Shown here: piece by piece, positions 24,794 to 33,659 of the stretch
Layout: each line of letters begins with the position of its first letter
Numbering within the stretch: the stretch's first letter is position 1
Source: a virus
Taxonomy: Duplodnaviria; Caudoviricetes
Length of the DNA stretch: 35,427 nt
Strand: one strand, 5' to 3'
IMG/VR virus record: IMGVR_UViG_3300049004_000019
Location: 1 to 35,427 of that record
Notes under the pieces: model-generated
Told to the model about the DNA's origin: nothing
Database searches by the model: none
The model's input: only the letters and a program-made list of their open reading frames with translations
Program-made: the position numbers and the translations under genes

Positions 24794-25257
24794 CCGCCCA
24801 CGCTCCCGAGGCCCTTGCGCATGTAGCCCTTGTTGCGGCCCTTCTGGTTCTGGATGCGGCCGTAGTACGCGGCCTGGCTGGTGGCCACCTTCCGGCGCTT
24901 GCCCTTCTGGAGCGGGCCGATGATCGCGGTCTTGCCCTGCGCGGCCTTGGACTTGGCGCGCGTGGTCACGTCGGCGTAGGGGCCCTCGGAGTCCTGGGAC
25001 AGGAAGGTCCCGATGCGGGAGCGGAGGTAGCCGGGCGGCCGACCGTGGTTGCCCTTGGCGCTCACCGGGGCGGCGGCCTTGTCTGCCCGCTCGACCCGCT
25101 TGGCGTTCTTGTAGACGAACTTCCCGACCGGCGAGTTCTTGGTCGCCTTCAGCGCGTCGAGCGCGGCCTGATCCACGACGACCTTGACCGTGACGCGCGT
25201 ACCGTCCCGCGCGGTGGTCGTGAAGTTCTGAGTGAACTTGCCGCTGGCCCCTACCAC
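24790..25257 (-). CDS. Neck / tail-completion protein (HK97 gp10-like, 155 aa)
   Basis: Basic protein with A...APV...G.LRSRI motif; position in the head-tail module. Confidence 0.7.
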   Translation of the reverse strand: MVGASGKFTQNFTTTARDGTRVTVKVVVDQAALDALKATKNSPVGKFVYKNAKRVERADKAAAPVSAKGNHGRPPGYLRSRIGTFLSQDSEGPYADVTTRAKSKAAQGKTAIIGPLQKGKRRKVATSQAAYYGRIQNQKGRNKGYMRKGLGSVGG

Positions 25258-25727
25258 AGGACTGCGCTCGTCACTTGGATCTCGAAGGAGACCTGGGCGT
25301 AGGCGCCGTCCTCGATCTGGTCGATGACCCAGGAGAAGCCACCGATCTCGGCCAGGCCGGGCGGCTGGATCGCGCCCTTCAGCGTGCGGTCAGCCCGCAC
25401 AGCCGCCGTGATCACGTCGTAGACCGCCGCGGTATCGGTCATCTTGGTGCGCAGATCGTCGGAGTCCCCGTCCCACGTCTGGATGAAGCAGGTGATCGCG
25501 TAGTCCTCCATCGGCGTGCCCTCGCCGCCGTAGCGCGAGGTGCTGCCCTGGATCGCGGACTGGTCCTCGTCCTCGGAGTAACCCACCACCACGAACGTGC
25601 GCGGCGGATCGGTGACCGGCATCGGGCCGTAGTAGACCGTGACGTCCGGCTTGGCCGAGGACAGCGCCGAGGACACCAAGTCGTACGCGCCGTTAATCGC
25701 CGCCGGGATGCTCGTCGAGCCGGCCAT
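25251..25727 (-). CDS. Tail terminator / head-tail joining protein (158 aa)
   Basis: Acidic alpha/beta protein, V..GP and A.RADRTL.G motifs; TGATG overlap. Confidence 0.7.
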   Translation of the reverse strand: MAGSTSIPAAINGAYDLVSSALSSAKPDVTVYYGPMPVTDPPRTFVVVGYSEDEDQSAIQGSTSRYGGEGTPMEDYAITCFIQTWDGDSDDLRTKMTDTAAVYDVITAAVRADRTLKGAIQPPGLAEIGGFSWVIDQIEDGAYAQVSFEIQVTSAVLW

Positions 25728-26566
25728 CAGAAGATCACCGGCCGCTTCGGGCCGAGCAGCTCCCGCACCCGGTTGGGCAGCGAGAAGCCCAAGCCGACCG
25801 TGGCCACGTCATCCTCAGGTCCGGTCCCGCGCACCCGCCGGTTGCGCCCCTGCTGGGTGTTGCGCCAGAGGTGCGCGGTCAGTTCGAGGTAGGCCAGCCG
25901 GATGTTCGGCGGAATCGCGCCGGCCACCCCGGCGACGTAGGTGACGCTGGCGTCCGTGCCAATGAACGGGATCGGGTAGCCGCCGTTGATCCGCTCGACA
26001 ATGCCGCTGTCCCCGTAGAGCCGGTAGTCGGTGGAGGCCAGCGCAACCGGGACGCTGCCGCCCTGCCAGAGCCCCACCGAGGTCACGCTGAGGACCGGAG
26101 CGCGGGTCAGCGCGAGATGGCACGACCAGCGGTCCAGCGGAATCATCTCGGTGTAGGCCGTGGGAACCACGTCGCCCACTTCGCGGGTGATGACCGCTTG
26201 TGCCGCGTCCATGAAGTCCTGGATCTCGACGTCATCAGCGGTGTTCTGCTTGTTCAGGTGCAGCTTCACGTCGGCCAGTGAGGCGATACGCCGGGTGATG
26301 GCGAGCACGTCGAACTGGCCGTCATCCACGCCGATCGCGGCGCCGCTGGCGGTCCAGAGGTAGAGGTAGGTCCCGGCCTGCGTGGTCGGGACGTTGCACG
26401 AGTAGGCGCCGGTTCCGCTGTGCGTGATCGTCAGGCCGACGCCGGAGACCAACGTGCTGCCGTCCGGCCGGGTGACGACCAAGCTCATGGTGGCGTCGGT
26501 CGGGGCGCCGAGTGTGTCGGTGACCGCGGTCGTGAGAATGACCTGCTGGCCGAGCGTGTAGCTCAT
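25727..26566 (-). CDS. Head-tail adaptor with an extra N-terminal Ig-like domain (279 aa)
   Basis: SLADVKLHL...DD..I...AA, V.YVAG...IPP.I..A...L.AHLW motifs; N-terminal VTRPDG...GTGAY...AGTY.Y.W domain. Confidence 0.8.
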   Translation of the reverse strand: MSYTLGQQVILTTAVTDTLGAPTDATMSLVVTRPDGSTLVSGVGLTITHSGTGAYSCNVPTTQAGTYLYLWTASGAAIGVDDGQFDVLAITRRIASLADVKLHLNKQNTADDVEIQDFMDAAQAVITREVGDVVPTAYTEMIPLDRWSCHLALTRAPVLSVTSVGLWQGGSVPVALASTDYRLYGDSGIVERINGGYPIPFIGTDASVTYVAGVAGAIPPNIRLAYLELTAHLWRNTQQGRNRRVRGTGPEDDVATVGLGFSLPNRVRELLGPKRPVIF

Positions 26567-27921
26567 CTCATGCCTCCCGGGGATGACGTGGCGGAGACGA
26601 GCGTGCCTCTCGACCGATGTGCGGAGGACAGGACAGCGGACGACCGCCCCGTGGTGGTCAGGACAACGGACGGGATGTTGACCCCCGGCTGAGTCCCGGT
26701 CGCGGACAGGACAGTGCTTGCGGACAGGACAGCGGACGCGCGGACAACCAGCGTCGGGACAGCGGACAGGACACCAGCGCCGGACAGGACAGCGAGAGCC
26801 TGCTGGCGCGCCAGCGCGGACAGAGTGCTCGTCGCGGACAGCGATGCGGTACCGCCAGCGGACACGGTGCCCGTCGCGGTCATTGCTCCGGCGCCCGCCA
26901 GAACGGCCGTACCGGAGACGGCCACGATGCCGGCCGCACTCAGGGCGCCCGCACCGGCCAGCGTGGAACCGGAGCCCGTACGGGCTGCCGCACTGAGAAC
27001 GCCGGCACCGGTCAGCACGGAGGTCGCCGCCTGGGCGGCCGACGCACTCAGCGACCCGGCTCCCGCGAGGCTTCCGCCGGCCCCCTGTCCGGCCAGTGCG
27101 GCGAGCGCGCTAGAAGCGGCCAGGGTCGCGATGCCCGCCTGGTTGCCGCCCGCCGTGGCGAACAGCACCCCGGCGCCGACCATGGCGGCCGAAGCGCCCT
27201 GCGTCTCGGTCGCGGCCAGCGAACCAGCGCCCGCCAGGGCGGCCAGGCCGGCGAACACTCCGGAGGCGGAGAACGCGCCCGCGCCCGTCAGGGTCGAACC
27301 GGCGCCCTGTCGCACGGCGCCGGAGAGCGCTCCCGTCGCGGCCATCGCGCTCGACCCGGTGATCGCGCCACCGGCAGTCAGCGACCCGGCACCCGCCATG
27401 CTCGCCACGCCCGGCGTCGTCCCGGCGCTCGACGCGCTCAAGGCGCCCGCGCCCGCCATCGTGGCGCTGGCCGGTTGGGTAGCGGTAGCCGCCAGCGTGC
27501 TCGTGCCGGCCATCGTGGCCGCCGCGCGGATGGTCTGCGTTCCGGCGGCGGACAGGACACCCGCGCCGACCATCGCGGCCGTAGCGGCCTCGGTCACCAG
27601 GGCGGACAGGACACCCGCGCCGGACAGGACAGCCGCTCCGCTGACAACCTGCAGGGCTGTCGCGGACAGAGTGCCCGCTCCGGACAGGGTGGCCGTACCG
27701 GCGGCGACGACTGTCCCGGTGGCGGACAGCGCGCCAGCGCCCGCCGCAGTGGCGGTTACCGCCTGAATGGCAGGAGCGGACAGGACACCCGCGCCCGCCA
27801 TCGTGGCCACGCCGGGAACCCGTACTGCCGCCGCCGCAGTCAGCGCACCGGCACCGACCATCGTGGCCGTGCCGTTGACGGTGCTGGCTACGGTCTGCGG
27901 AGGCAGTACGGGAAATGGCAT
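26563..27921 (-). CDS. Ala/Gly/Thr-rich beta-repeat virion fibre-like protein (452 aa)
   Basis: ATG at 27921 (MPFPVLPP), 4 nt after the upstream stop; more than 20 imperfect (M/L)xGAGxLSA repeats. Confidence 0.7.
   Translation of the reverse strand: MPFPVLPPQTVASTVNGTATMVGAGALTAAAAVRVPGVATMAGAGVLSAPAIQAVTATAAGAGALSATGTVVAAGTATLSGAGTLSATALQVVSGAAVLSGAGVLSALVTEAATAAMVGAGVLSAAGTQTIRAAATMAGTSTLAATATQPASATMAGAGALSASSAGTTPGVASMAGAGSLTAGGAITGSSAMAATGALSGAVRQGAGSTLTGAGAFSASGVFAGLAALAGAGSLAATETQGASAAMVGAGVLFATAGGNQAGIATLAASSALAALAGQGAGGSLAGAGSLSASAAQAATSVLTGAGVLSAAARTGSGSTLAGAGALSAAGIVAVSGTAVLAGAGAMTATGTVSAGGTASLSATSTLSALARQQALAVLSGAGVLSAVPTLVVRASAVLSASTVLSATGTQPGVNIPSVVLTTTGRSSAVLSSAHRSRGTLVSATSSPGGMR
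26624..26866. repeat. GGACA pentamer cluster 3
   Basis: About 16 copies in ~240 bp, all GGACA on the plus strand (manual count). Confidence 0.9.
27548..27790. repeat. GGACA pentamer cluster 4
   Basis: About 12 copies in ~240 bp (manual count). Confidence 0.9.
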
Positions 27922-27925
27922 CGGG

Positions 27926-29668
27926 CTACGTCCGGAGCATTCCGACGTACGGCCCGGTCGCCGTGACAACGGCGCCGGTCGGGAAAGTGCTGGCGAACGC
28001 GCCCGTGGCCTGGCCGGTGAGCTTGTAGCCGACCGCCTGAACGCCCGTGCTCCACAGGCCCGCCGAGGTAGGCAGCGGGAGGAACGGGTTCGGTCCCTGC
28101 ATCGCCGAGAAGACATTGGTCGCGGAACCGATGGTTTCGACCTTGTAGACCAGCCAGTACATGCCGGGGTCCGGACGCCAGATGAAGCCACCCGCGTTCG
28201 TCGTCTTCAGGCCCGTCGTGGTGCCCATGCTCAGGACGGCCGAGATGGTGATTTCCTGCAGGTTCGTGTCCGGATAGCCGCTGTAGTTGTAGTCCGCGAA
28301 GATGCCGAGTCGGCCAGTACCCGCCGTAGTGGCCGAGGCCGTGGTGACCTCGACACCCCAGTTGGACCACTGCGTACGGGCCTCGGTGATCGGGAAGGGG
28401 TAGGCGAACATGTCGCCGGCCACTGCGGTGTACGTGGTCCGGGCACCGAACGCGTCCGGGGCGTACCAGGTCGTCGCCCGGATCGGACGCCGGGTCACGC
28501 CCGCCTTCTGGGCGGACACGTTCATCTGGCCGATGCTGCCGTAGGAGTTGTTGACCGACAGCCGCTTGACCGCGTCCATGATCGCGTCGGCGCACATCGC
28601 GGCGCCGGTCTCATTCGGATGCAGGCCATCGAAGAACAGCGAGGCGACCTTGTTCAGCTTCGCGTCCATGTAGGCGGTCTGCACCATGCCGTCGAACTCG
28701 GCGACCACCGAGGCCATGGCCGTGTTGAGCGCCTGCACGTCCCCGTCGAGGGAGGCGGTCTGCGCAACCCAGCTCGCGTACTTGGTGCTGTAGCCGGTGG
28801 CGGTCAGGCGCGGGACGTCGCAGACGATGACCGGCGGGGGAGCCTTGGACTCCAGCCACGCACAGTCGTAGTAGACCAGGCCGCTGTTCTGGGTGACCGT
28901 AGCGATGATGGTCTGGCTCGCGTTGGCGCTGGTGAGGTTCGTGACCCGCTTGACGACCGGGCAGTTGCTCAGCGTGCCCGAGGGCATGATGTTGTCGGTC
29001 GTGATCGTGCCCGTCACCCCGGCCGTGCCGGAGAAGGTGACGATGCCACCGTTCACCCCCGCGCGGCCGATGAAGTTCATGACGACCGGCTCACCCGCGT
29101 AGTCCGCCGGCAAGGTGATCGTGATCGTGCCGGCCGTGGTGGCGTGGAAGCGCTCGGTGCCGCTGGAGGAAATGTCGTACTTGGCGGTCTCCGCCGTCCA
29201 CGTACCGCCGTAGGTCGGGACGAGCGGACCGGTGGCCGCGTCGTTCTCCGCGATGACCGACGCGCGCCAGCGGGAGATGCAGGCACGGAGGGCGTGCTGG
29301 TAGGCGGTCAGAATCTGGGTGGTTGCCCCGCCGAGCGTCCCGAGGTCGTTGATGCCGTGCATCATGATCATGGCGCCGCCCTCGGGCGCGTACGGCGCCG
29401 AGCGTGCCGGCCACTTGGACCCGGAACTCACCCGCCAGAGCGTGGCCCAGCCACCTTGCGCCGCACCCTCGACAGTCAGGCGCGAGCCGGCGATCGAGTA
29501 CTTCCGCCAGTTCGTGTACTCGATGTCCAGGGCTTGACGTAGGTAGGAGTCGATCCGGCCGGTCTGGTCGTAGGAGCCGGCCGTACCGTCGCCGTAGGAG
29601 TGACTGAACAGCGACCACACGTCGGGCAAGGTGGCCGCCGCGCGGGGAACAAGCAGGCCTTCGCTCAC
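27926..29668 (-). CDS. SGNH/GDSL-family hydrolase with inserted and C-terminal beta domains (580 aa), probably virion-associated
   Basis: Block I FSHSY, block II IAGS, block III HGINDL, block V DGLHPN; GTGA overlap. Confidence 0.8.
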   Translation of the reverse strand: MSEGLLVPRAAATLPDVWSLFSHSYGDGTAGSYDQTGRIDSYLRQALDIEYTNWRKYSIAGSRLTVEGAAQGGWATLWRVSSGSKWPARSAPYAPEGGAMIMMHGINDLGTLGGATTQILTAYQHALRACISRWRASVIAENDAATGPLVPTYGGTWTAETAKYDISSSGTERFHATTAGTITITLPADYAGEPVVMNFIGRAGVNGGIVTFSGTAGVTGTITTDNIMPSGTLSNCPVVKRVTNLTSANASQTIIATVTQNSGLVYYDCAWLESKAPPPVIVCDVPRLTATGYSTKYASWVAQTASLDGDVQALNTAMASVVAEFDGMVQTAYMDAKLNKVASLFFDGLHPNETGAAMCADAIMDAVKRLSVNNSYGSIGQMNVSAQKAGVTRRPIRATTWYAPDAFGARTTYTAVAGDMFAYPFPITEARTQWSNWGVEVTTASATTAGTGRLGIFADYNYSGYPDTNLQEITISAVLSMGTTTGLKTTNAGGFIWRPDPGMYWLVYKVETIGSATNVFSAMQGPNPFLPLPTSAGLWSTGVQAVGYKLTGQATGAFASTFPTGAVVTATGPYVGMLRT

Positions 29669-30057
29669 GCGATCGTTCCGAGGGTGTAGGAGAGCGAACC
29701 GCCCACGGCCTGTGCGATGAACGACACGGCCAGCTTGGCGAGACTGTCCGGCACCGTGTACCGGTCGCCGGGATCAAGGAACCAATCGGCCAGTGCGGTC
29801 GTCGGCGCGGTGGCCGAGAAGTTCATGCAGACGCGGGCGGAACCCCAATTGACCATCAGGATGGTCGTGCGGGTGATGTCCGCCGCGATGACGCTCGTGG
29901 CCGCCGTGGTGGCCAGCGTCCACGAGCTAGGACCCGCGCCGGTCGCGCTGGCGTCGAGCTGGGTGACGTACTGGACGGAGCCCCCGGCGGTCGGCGCGTA
30001 AAGCCGGAGCGTCGCACCTGCGCCGGGGGTTACCGCAATCGTGCTGTCGGCGCCCAT
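29665..30057 (-). CDS. Beta-rich virion structural protein (130 aa)
   Basis: AGGAGG RBS; Thr/Ala-rich beta composition; in the head module. Confidence 0.7.
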   Translation of the reverse strand: MGADSTIAVTPGAGATLRLYAPTAGGSVQYVTQLDASATGAGPSSWTLATTAATSVIAADITRTTILMVNWGSARVCMNFSATAPTTALADWFLDPGDRYTVPDSLAKLAVSFIAQAVGGSLSYTLGTIA

Positions 30058-30067
30058 GTGAAGCCTC

Positions 30068-30481
30068 CTACGTCAGCGAGACGGAGAGGGCTCCGACGGC
30101 AATCTGGAAGGTGTTGCCGTTGGCCACCGAGATCGGCTGGCCGGTGAAGCTGCCGTACCACCAGCGCAGCGGAGTCCCCGCGCTGTCCCAGATCTCGACT
30201 CCGACGATGGACCAGGCGCCACCGGAGCCGTTGGTCCACGAGAGCGCCGAGGTGGCCGGCCCCGTGGTCGCACCGGCCGAGGCCGCCGCGAAGGTGTTGC
30301 CGGCCAGCGAGGTCCCGCCCGTGGTGTAGCCGGTACCGGTGAGTTCGGTCCCGGCCGTGGTGTTCGTCGGCACGGTGGTCGTGAGACGAACCTTGGCCGG
30401 CGTGGTGAACATGGTCGGGGCGCTAGTCCCCAGCGTCAGATTCAGGATCAGGTTCGCTTGCGCCTGAACGATCGCTGCCAT
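30068..30481 (-). CDS. Virion structural / fibre-associated protein (137 aa)
   Basis: GTELTGTGY...G.W.I.G..IWD...G.TF.I..GAL.VSL pattern common in phage fibre-anchor proteins; AAGGGAG RBS. Confidence 0.75.
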   Translation of the reverse strand: MAAIVQAQANLILNLTLGTSAPTMFTTPAKVRLTTTVPTNTTAGTELTGTGYTTGGTSLAGNTFAAASAGATTGPATSALSWTNGSGGAWSIVGVEIWDSAGTPLRWWYGSFTGQPISVANGNTFQIAVGALSVSLT

Positions 30482-30602
30482 CTGCCACTCCCTTCTGCGT
30501 CTCGGAAGTGCTGGTCATGGTGGCCGCGGTCGGACCGTCTGCCTGTTGCACCGTCTGGCCGAGACGGTCGGTGACCGTCCAGCCGGGAAGCTCGCCGCTC
30601 AT
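30423..30602 (-). CDS. Small hypothetical protein (59 aa, MSGELPGWTVTDRLG...)
   Basis: ATGA overlap at 30602; 3' end overlaps the next gene. Confidence 0.45.
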   Translation of the reverse strand: MSGELPGWTVTDRLGQTVQQADGPTAATMTSTSETQKGVADGSDRSGASEPDPESDAGD

Positions 30603-30937
30603 GAGGTCTCGTACGTGCGCACCGAGAACGTGAACGAGGGGGTGGTCCCGCCGATCGCGTAGACGACGCGGTAGAGGGGGCCTTTGGTGGTGAAGGACTT
30701 CACCACGCTGGTCGTCGCCGTGATCTGCGTGAATGTGTCGGGCGTAGCCGCCGGGCTCCAGTTCGTCCCGTCCATGGACCACTCCAGGCTGATGTCCAGC
30801 GTTGGAGTGGTCCCGGACGCGGCCGACACGACCACTTGCACGCAGACGTTGTTCCCTAGGTCGTCGACGTTGACGGACTGGTTTCCCGAGGCCGTCCGCG
30901 CCGCCGACGGCAGGACCGTAAGCGTCTGCCAGGCCAT
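30599..30937 (-). CDS. Beta-sandwich virion protein, possible capsid decoration (112 aa)
   Basis: V.AASGTTPTLD..LE.S.DG.NW...F.Q.T...YRV...IGGTTPSFTFSV. Confidence 0.75.
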   Translation of the reverse strand: MAWQTLTVLPSAARTASGNQSVNVDDLGNNVCVQVVVSAASGTTPTLDISLEWSMDGTNWSPAATPDTFTQITATTSVVKSFTTKGPLYRVVYAIGGTTPSFTFSVRTYETS

Positions 30938-30938
30938 G

Positions 30939-31388
30939 TCAGAGGGGCTTGCTGGGGTCGTTCACCCGGGACTTCGGGTGAACGGTCTGGTCGGTGTCGC
31001 TGGACTTGGCCGCGACCGACGGCTCACGCAGACCCTCAGGCGCGTGGTCCATCTCCCGCAGTTCGGCCTCGGTGTAGGCCGGGGGCACGGGCTGAGGAGG
31101 GGTCTCCACCAGCGCGCCCTCCTGCGGAACCTGGTTGTACGGGTTCGGGGTGAACGCGGCGTCGCCTACCGGAACCGCGTTCTTCATGGCCTCGGCATCC
31201 GCCTTGGCCACAGCCTTGTCAGCCTCGATCGCGGCCTCTCGGGCGCCGACGTGATCGTCGCGGTAGCCGACCATCTTGCTGGCGTGCGACCGGACGTCGC
31301 CCGCGTTGTCGGTGAACGCCGGGGTCGACGGCTTGGCCGGCTGCTCCGGCGCCTTGGGGGTGTCGTCCTTCTTCGGCTCGGTTGCCAT
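30939..31388 (-). CDS. Hypothetical Pro/Ala-rich protein downstream of the capsid gene (149 aa)
   Basis: GAGAGG RBS, 1-nt gap to the next gene. Confidence 0.75.
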   Translation of the reverse strand: MATEPKKDDTPKAPEQPAKPSTPAFTDNAGDVRSHASKMVGYRDDHVGAREAAIEADKAVAKADAEAMKNAVPVGDAAFTPNPYNQVPQEGALVETPPQPVPPAYTEAELREMDHAPEGLREPSVAAKSSDTDQTVHPKSRVNDPSKPL

Positions 31389-31401
31389 GTGTCTCTACCT
31401 C

Positions 31402-32925
31402 TCAGACCGCAACGAGGGTGCGGAACGCACCGGGGACAAGGGCGTCGCCACCGACACGCCAGAAGGCGAACCAGCCACCGGAGCCGGTGGGGCGCGCGGT
31501 GGTCGGGTCCTTGACCATCGGCTCGTACATGACGCTCATGCCGATGCGGTCGACGATCGCGTACTGCGAGAAGTCGCCGTAGACCGCGAGCTTGGTGGTC
31601 GCCGTGGTGGCGTAGGGGATCGAGGTCGACTCGTAGATCGGGCCACCGAGGAGCTGCTCGGGCGAGCCCTGGCCGAGGTTGGTCCAGTAGGACGAACCGC
31701 CGGCAGTGTCGAAACCGCGAGCCTTGTTGATCACGGTGAGGCTGGTGACCCATGCGGCGTTACTGCGGAAGCGCGGGGGCAGCGCGGCCTGGAGGGCGTA
31801 GATGTCAGCCAAGCCCGACGAGGTGCTGGACAGGCCGGTCGTACCGGTGGTGCCGGTCGTGGTGACCGTGGTGGTCGCCGCGACGGTGATTCCCTTGGGC
31901 TGGCCGGAGCCGGTACCGATGGCGAACGCGGCTTCTTCCAGCCGGTCCTTGGCGTCCGAGAGGAGCATCGGGACCTCGGTGGCGAAGTCCGAGTCTTCGA
32001 GGATCTCGTACGAGCCGAACACCCACGCGGCGGCCTTCTGGGGCGTGATGACGATGTTCGAGAAGGTGGGCGAGTTGTCGCCGACCACGCCGGACTCAGC
32101 CAGCCACGCGGCGTTCATGCCCGCGGATGCGACGCCGTTCCAGGTGTTGGTGGCGGTCGTCTTGACGTTGGCGATCCGGCGGTAGGGGTTCAGGCTGCCC
32201 GAGTTGGTGAGGATGATGCTCGGGTCCAGCGTGAACGGAACGAGGTAGCCACCGTTGGCGCTGGTGAGCGAGAGGCTCGCGCGCTGGAGATTGGTCGGGT
32301 CGCTCATGAACGACTCGAACGCCTCGTAGTACTCCTGCGAGCCGGTCATCAGCATGTGCCGGGCGATCAAGGCGCCCTGCTTCTTGCCGGACTTCTGGAT
32401 CAGGCTGGTTGCCTGCTCACGGCCCTCGTCGGGCAGCCACGCCGGGGCCTGCTCGATCGCGTCGCACGCCCGGGACATGAACTCGTTGGGCGTGTAGGTC
32501 ATCGACCGGACGGCCTCGGGGTTCTCGTACGGGTCGCGCTTGTGTGACTGGCCCTTGTAGCCGCGCTTGACCTGGGTGCGGTCGTCGCCACCGTCAACGC
32601 CGGTCACGCCACCGAGCGAAGCGACCGACGAGGTCATGCCGGTACTCAGCGCGGACGCGCGGACGGCGTCCATGCGGGATTCGAGCGCCAGCAGACGCTC
32701 GTGCTCCTTCTGGCCCTTCTCGAACTCGTCCAGCAGGGTGCCCGAACGCGACAGATCGTCGTCGGTCGGAGCGTCCTCCTGCTCCTCGATCGCGGTCAGT
32801 TCGGCCTGGATCTCGGCGAGACGGTTGCCGAGGGTCTCCGAGCGGCGCGGGGCGCCACCACGGATCAGGTGGATTGGGCGTCCATCGGCACGGTGGCCGA
32901 TGACGATGCGGCAGTTCGCTGCCAT
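31402..32925 (-). CDS. Major capsid protein, HK97 fold, with N-terminal scaffold (delta) domain (507 aa)
   Basis: Coiled-coil N-terminus, NGGYLVP, AAW.AE, GTGSGQPKGI, LLG.PIYE, YGDFSQY.IVDR, RVGG....P.AFR.L. Confidence 0.95.
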   Translation of the reverse strand: MAANCRIVIGHRADGRPIHLIRGGAPRRSETLGNRLAEIQAELTAIEEQEDAPTDDDLSRSGTLLDEFEKGQKEHERLLALESRMDAVRASALSTGMTSSVASLGGVTGVDGGDDRTQVKRGYKGQSHKRDPYENPEAVRSMTYTPNEFMSRACDAIEQAPAWLPDEGREQATSLIQKSGKKQGALIARHMLMTGSQEYYEAFESFMSDPTNLQRASLSLTSANGGYLVPFTLDPSIILTNSGSLNPYRRIANVKTTATNTWNGVASAGMNAAWLAESGVVGDNSPTFSNIVITPQKAAAWVFGSYEILEDSDFATEVPMLLSDAKDRLEEAAFAIGTGSGQPKGITVAATTTVTTTGTTGTTGLSSTSSGLADIYALQAALPPRFRSNAAWVTSLTVINKARGFDTAGGSSYWTNLGQGSPEQLLGGPIYESTSIPYATTATTKLAVYGDFSQYAIVDRIGMSVMYEPMVKDPTTARPTGSGGWFAFWRVGGDALVPGAFRTLVAV

Positions 32926-33659
32926 GCCTTCACTCCAGAGCGCTCGATCCGGTCACGGATCAGTTGGCGGTTTCGCTCGGAGTGCTCTTGCGGGTCCGAG
33001 TCGGCGCCGGGCGCGGGTGCGGTGGCATGGGGCGTCGGGTCGCCGAGGCGAGTGGCGCGGGAGAGAAGCAGCTGCAGAAGCTTCTCAGCAAGTTCATCTT
33101 CGGACATGATGGCACGTTCGCCAAGCATGGCGGAACGCATGCTCACGATCTCAGCGCCGGAGTAAGCCGGGAACGGGGTTGGGCCGTACTCCTTCAGGCC
33201 GAGTTCGGTCCGGTTGATCGTCGGCAGATCGCCACCGCGCTGACGAGGAAGGCGCTCGGGGTTGGACCGGATGATGCGACCGGTGAACGAGTAGCCGGGG
33301 ATCGCTCCGTCCCGCATCGCTTCGAGCACGGCATCGGCCATCGGGGTGCCGTTGTACCGGGAGACCGTGAGCAGGCCCTTGCGGTCAGCGGTGATCGAGG
33401 TAGGCACGCCGATCGGGATACTGCCGGCTTCACTCGGCGTGCCGTGGATCGTCATGCCGTGGTTGTAGAAGACGCCCGCCTTCTGGCCGGCACCCTTGAT
33501 CGTCCGATTGAAGGCCGTGCGGTCGATCGTCTCCATGTAGTGCCCGTGCGAGTCGGCGATCTCGGCCGGCGTGTCGAACACGGCGGCGTAAGCGGTGACC
33601 GTACGACCCTGCACCTCAAGGTCCGTGATGGGGACGCCGCGAGAGATGTAGTCGGTCAT
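32865..33659 (-). CDS. Prohead protease, HK97 family (264 aa)
   Basis: YAAVFD, E.IDR.AF, FYNHG, PIG, GYSF, L.EYGPTPFPAY; ATGA overlap with the portal. Confidence 0.92.
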   Translation of the reverse strand: MTDYISRGVPITDLEVQGRTVTAYAAVFDTPAEIADSHGHYMETIDRTAFNRTIKGAGQKAGVFYNHGMTIHGTPSEAGSIPIGVPTSITADRKGLLTVSRYNGTPMADAVLEAMRDGAIPGYSFTGRIIRSNPERLPRQRGGDLPTINRTELGLKEYGPTPFPAYSGAEIVSMRSAMLGERAIMSEDELAEKLLQLLLSRATRLGDPTPHATAPAPGADSDPQEHSERNRQLIRDRIERSGVKAWQRTAASSSATVPMDAQST

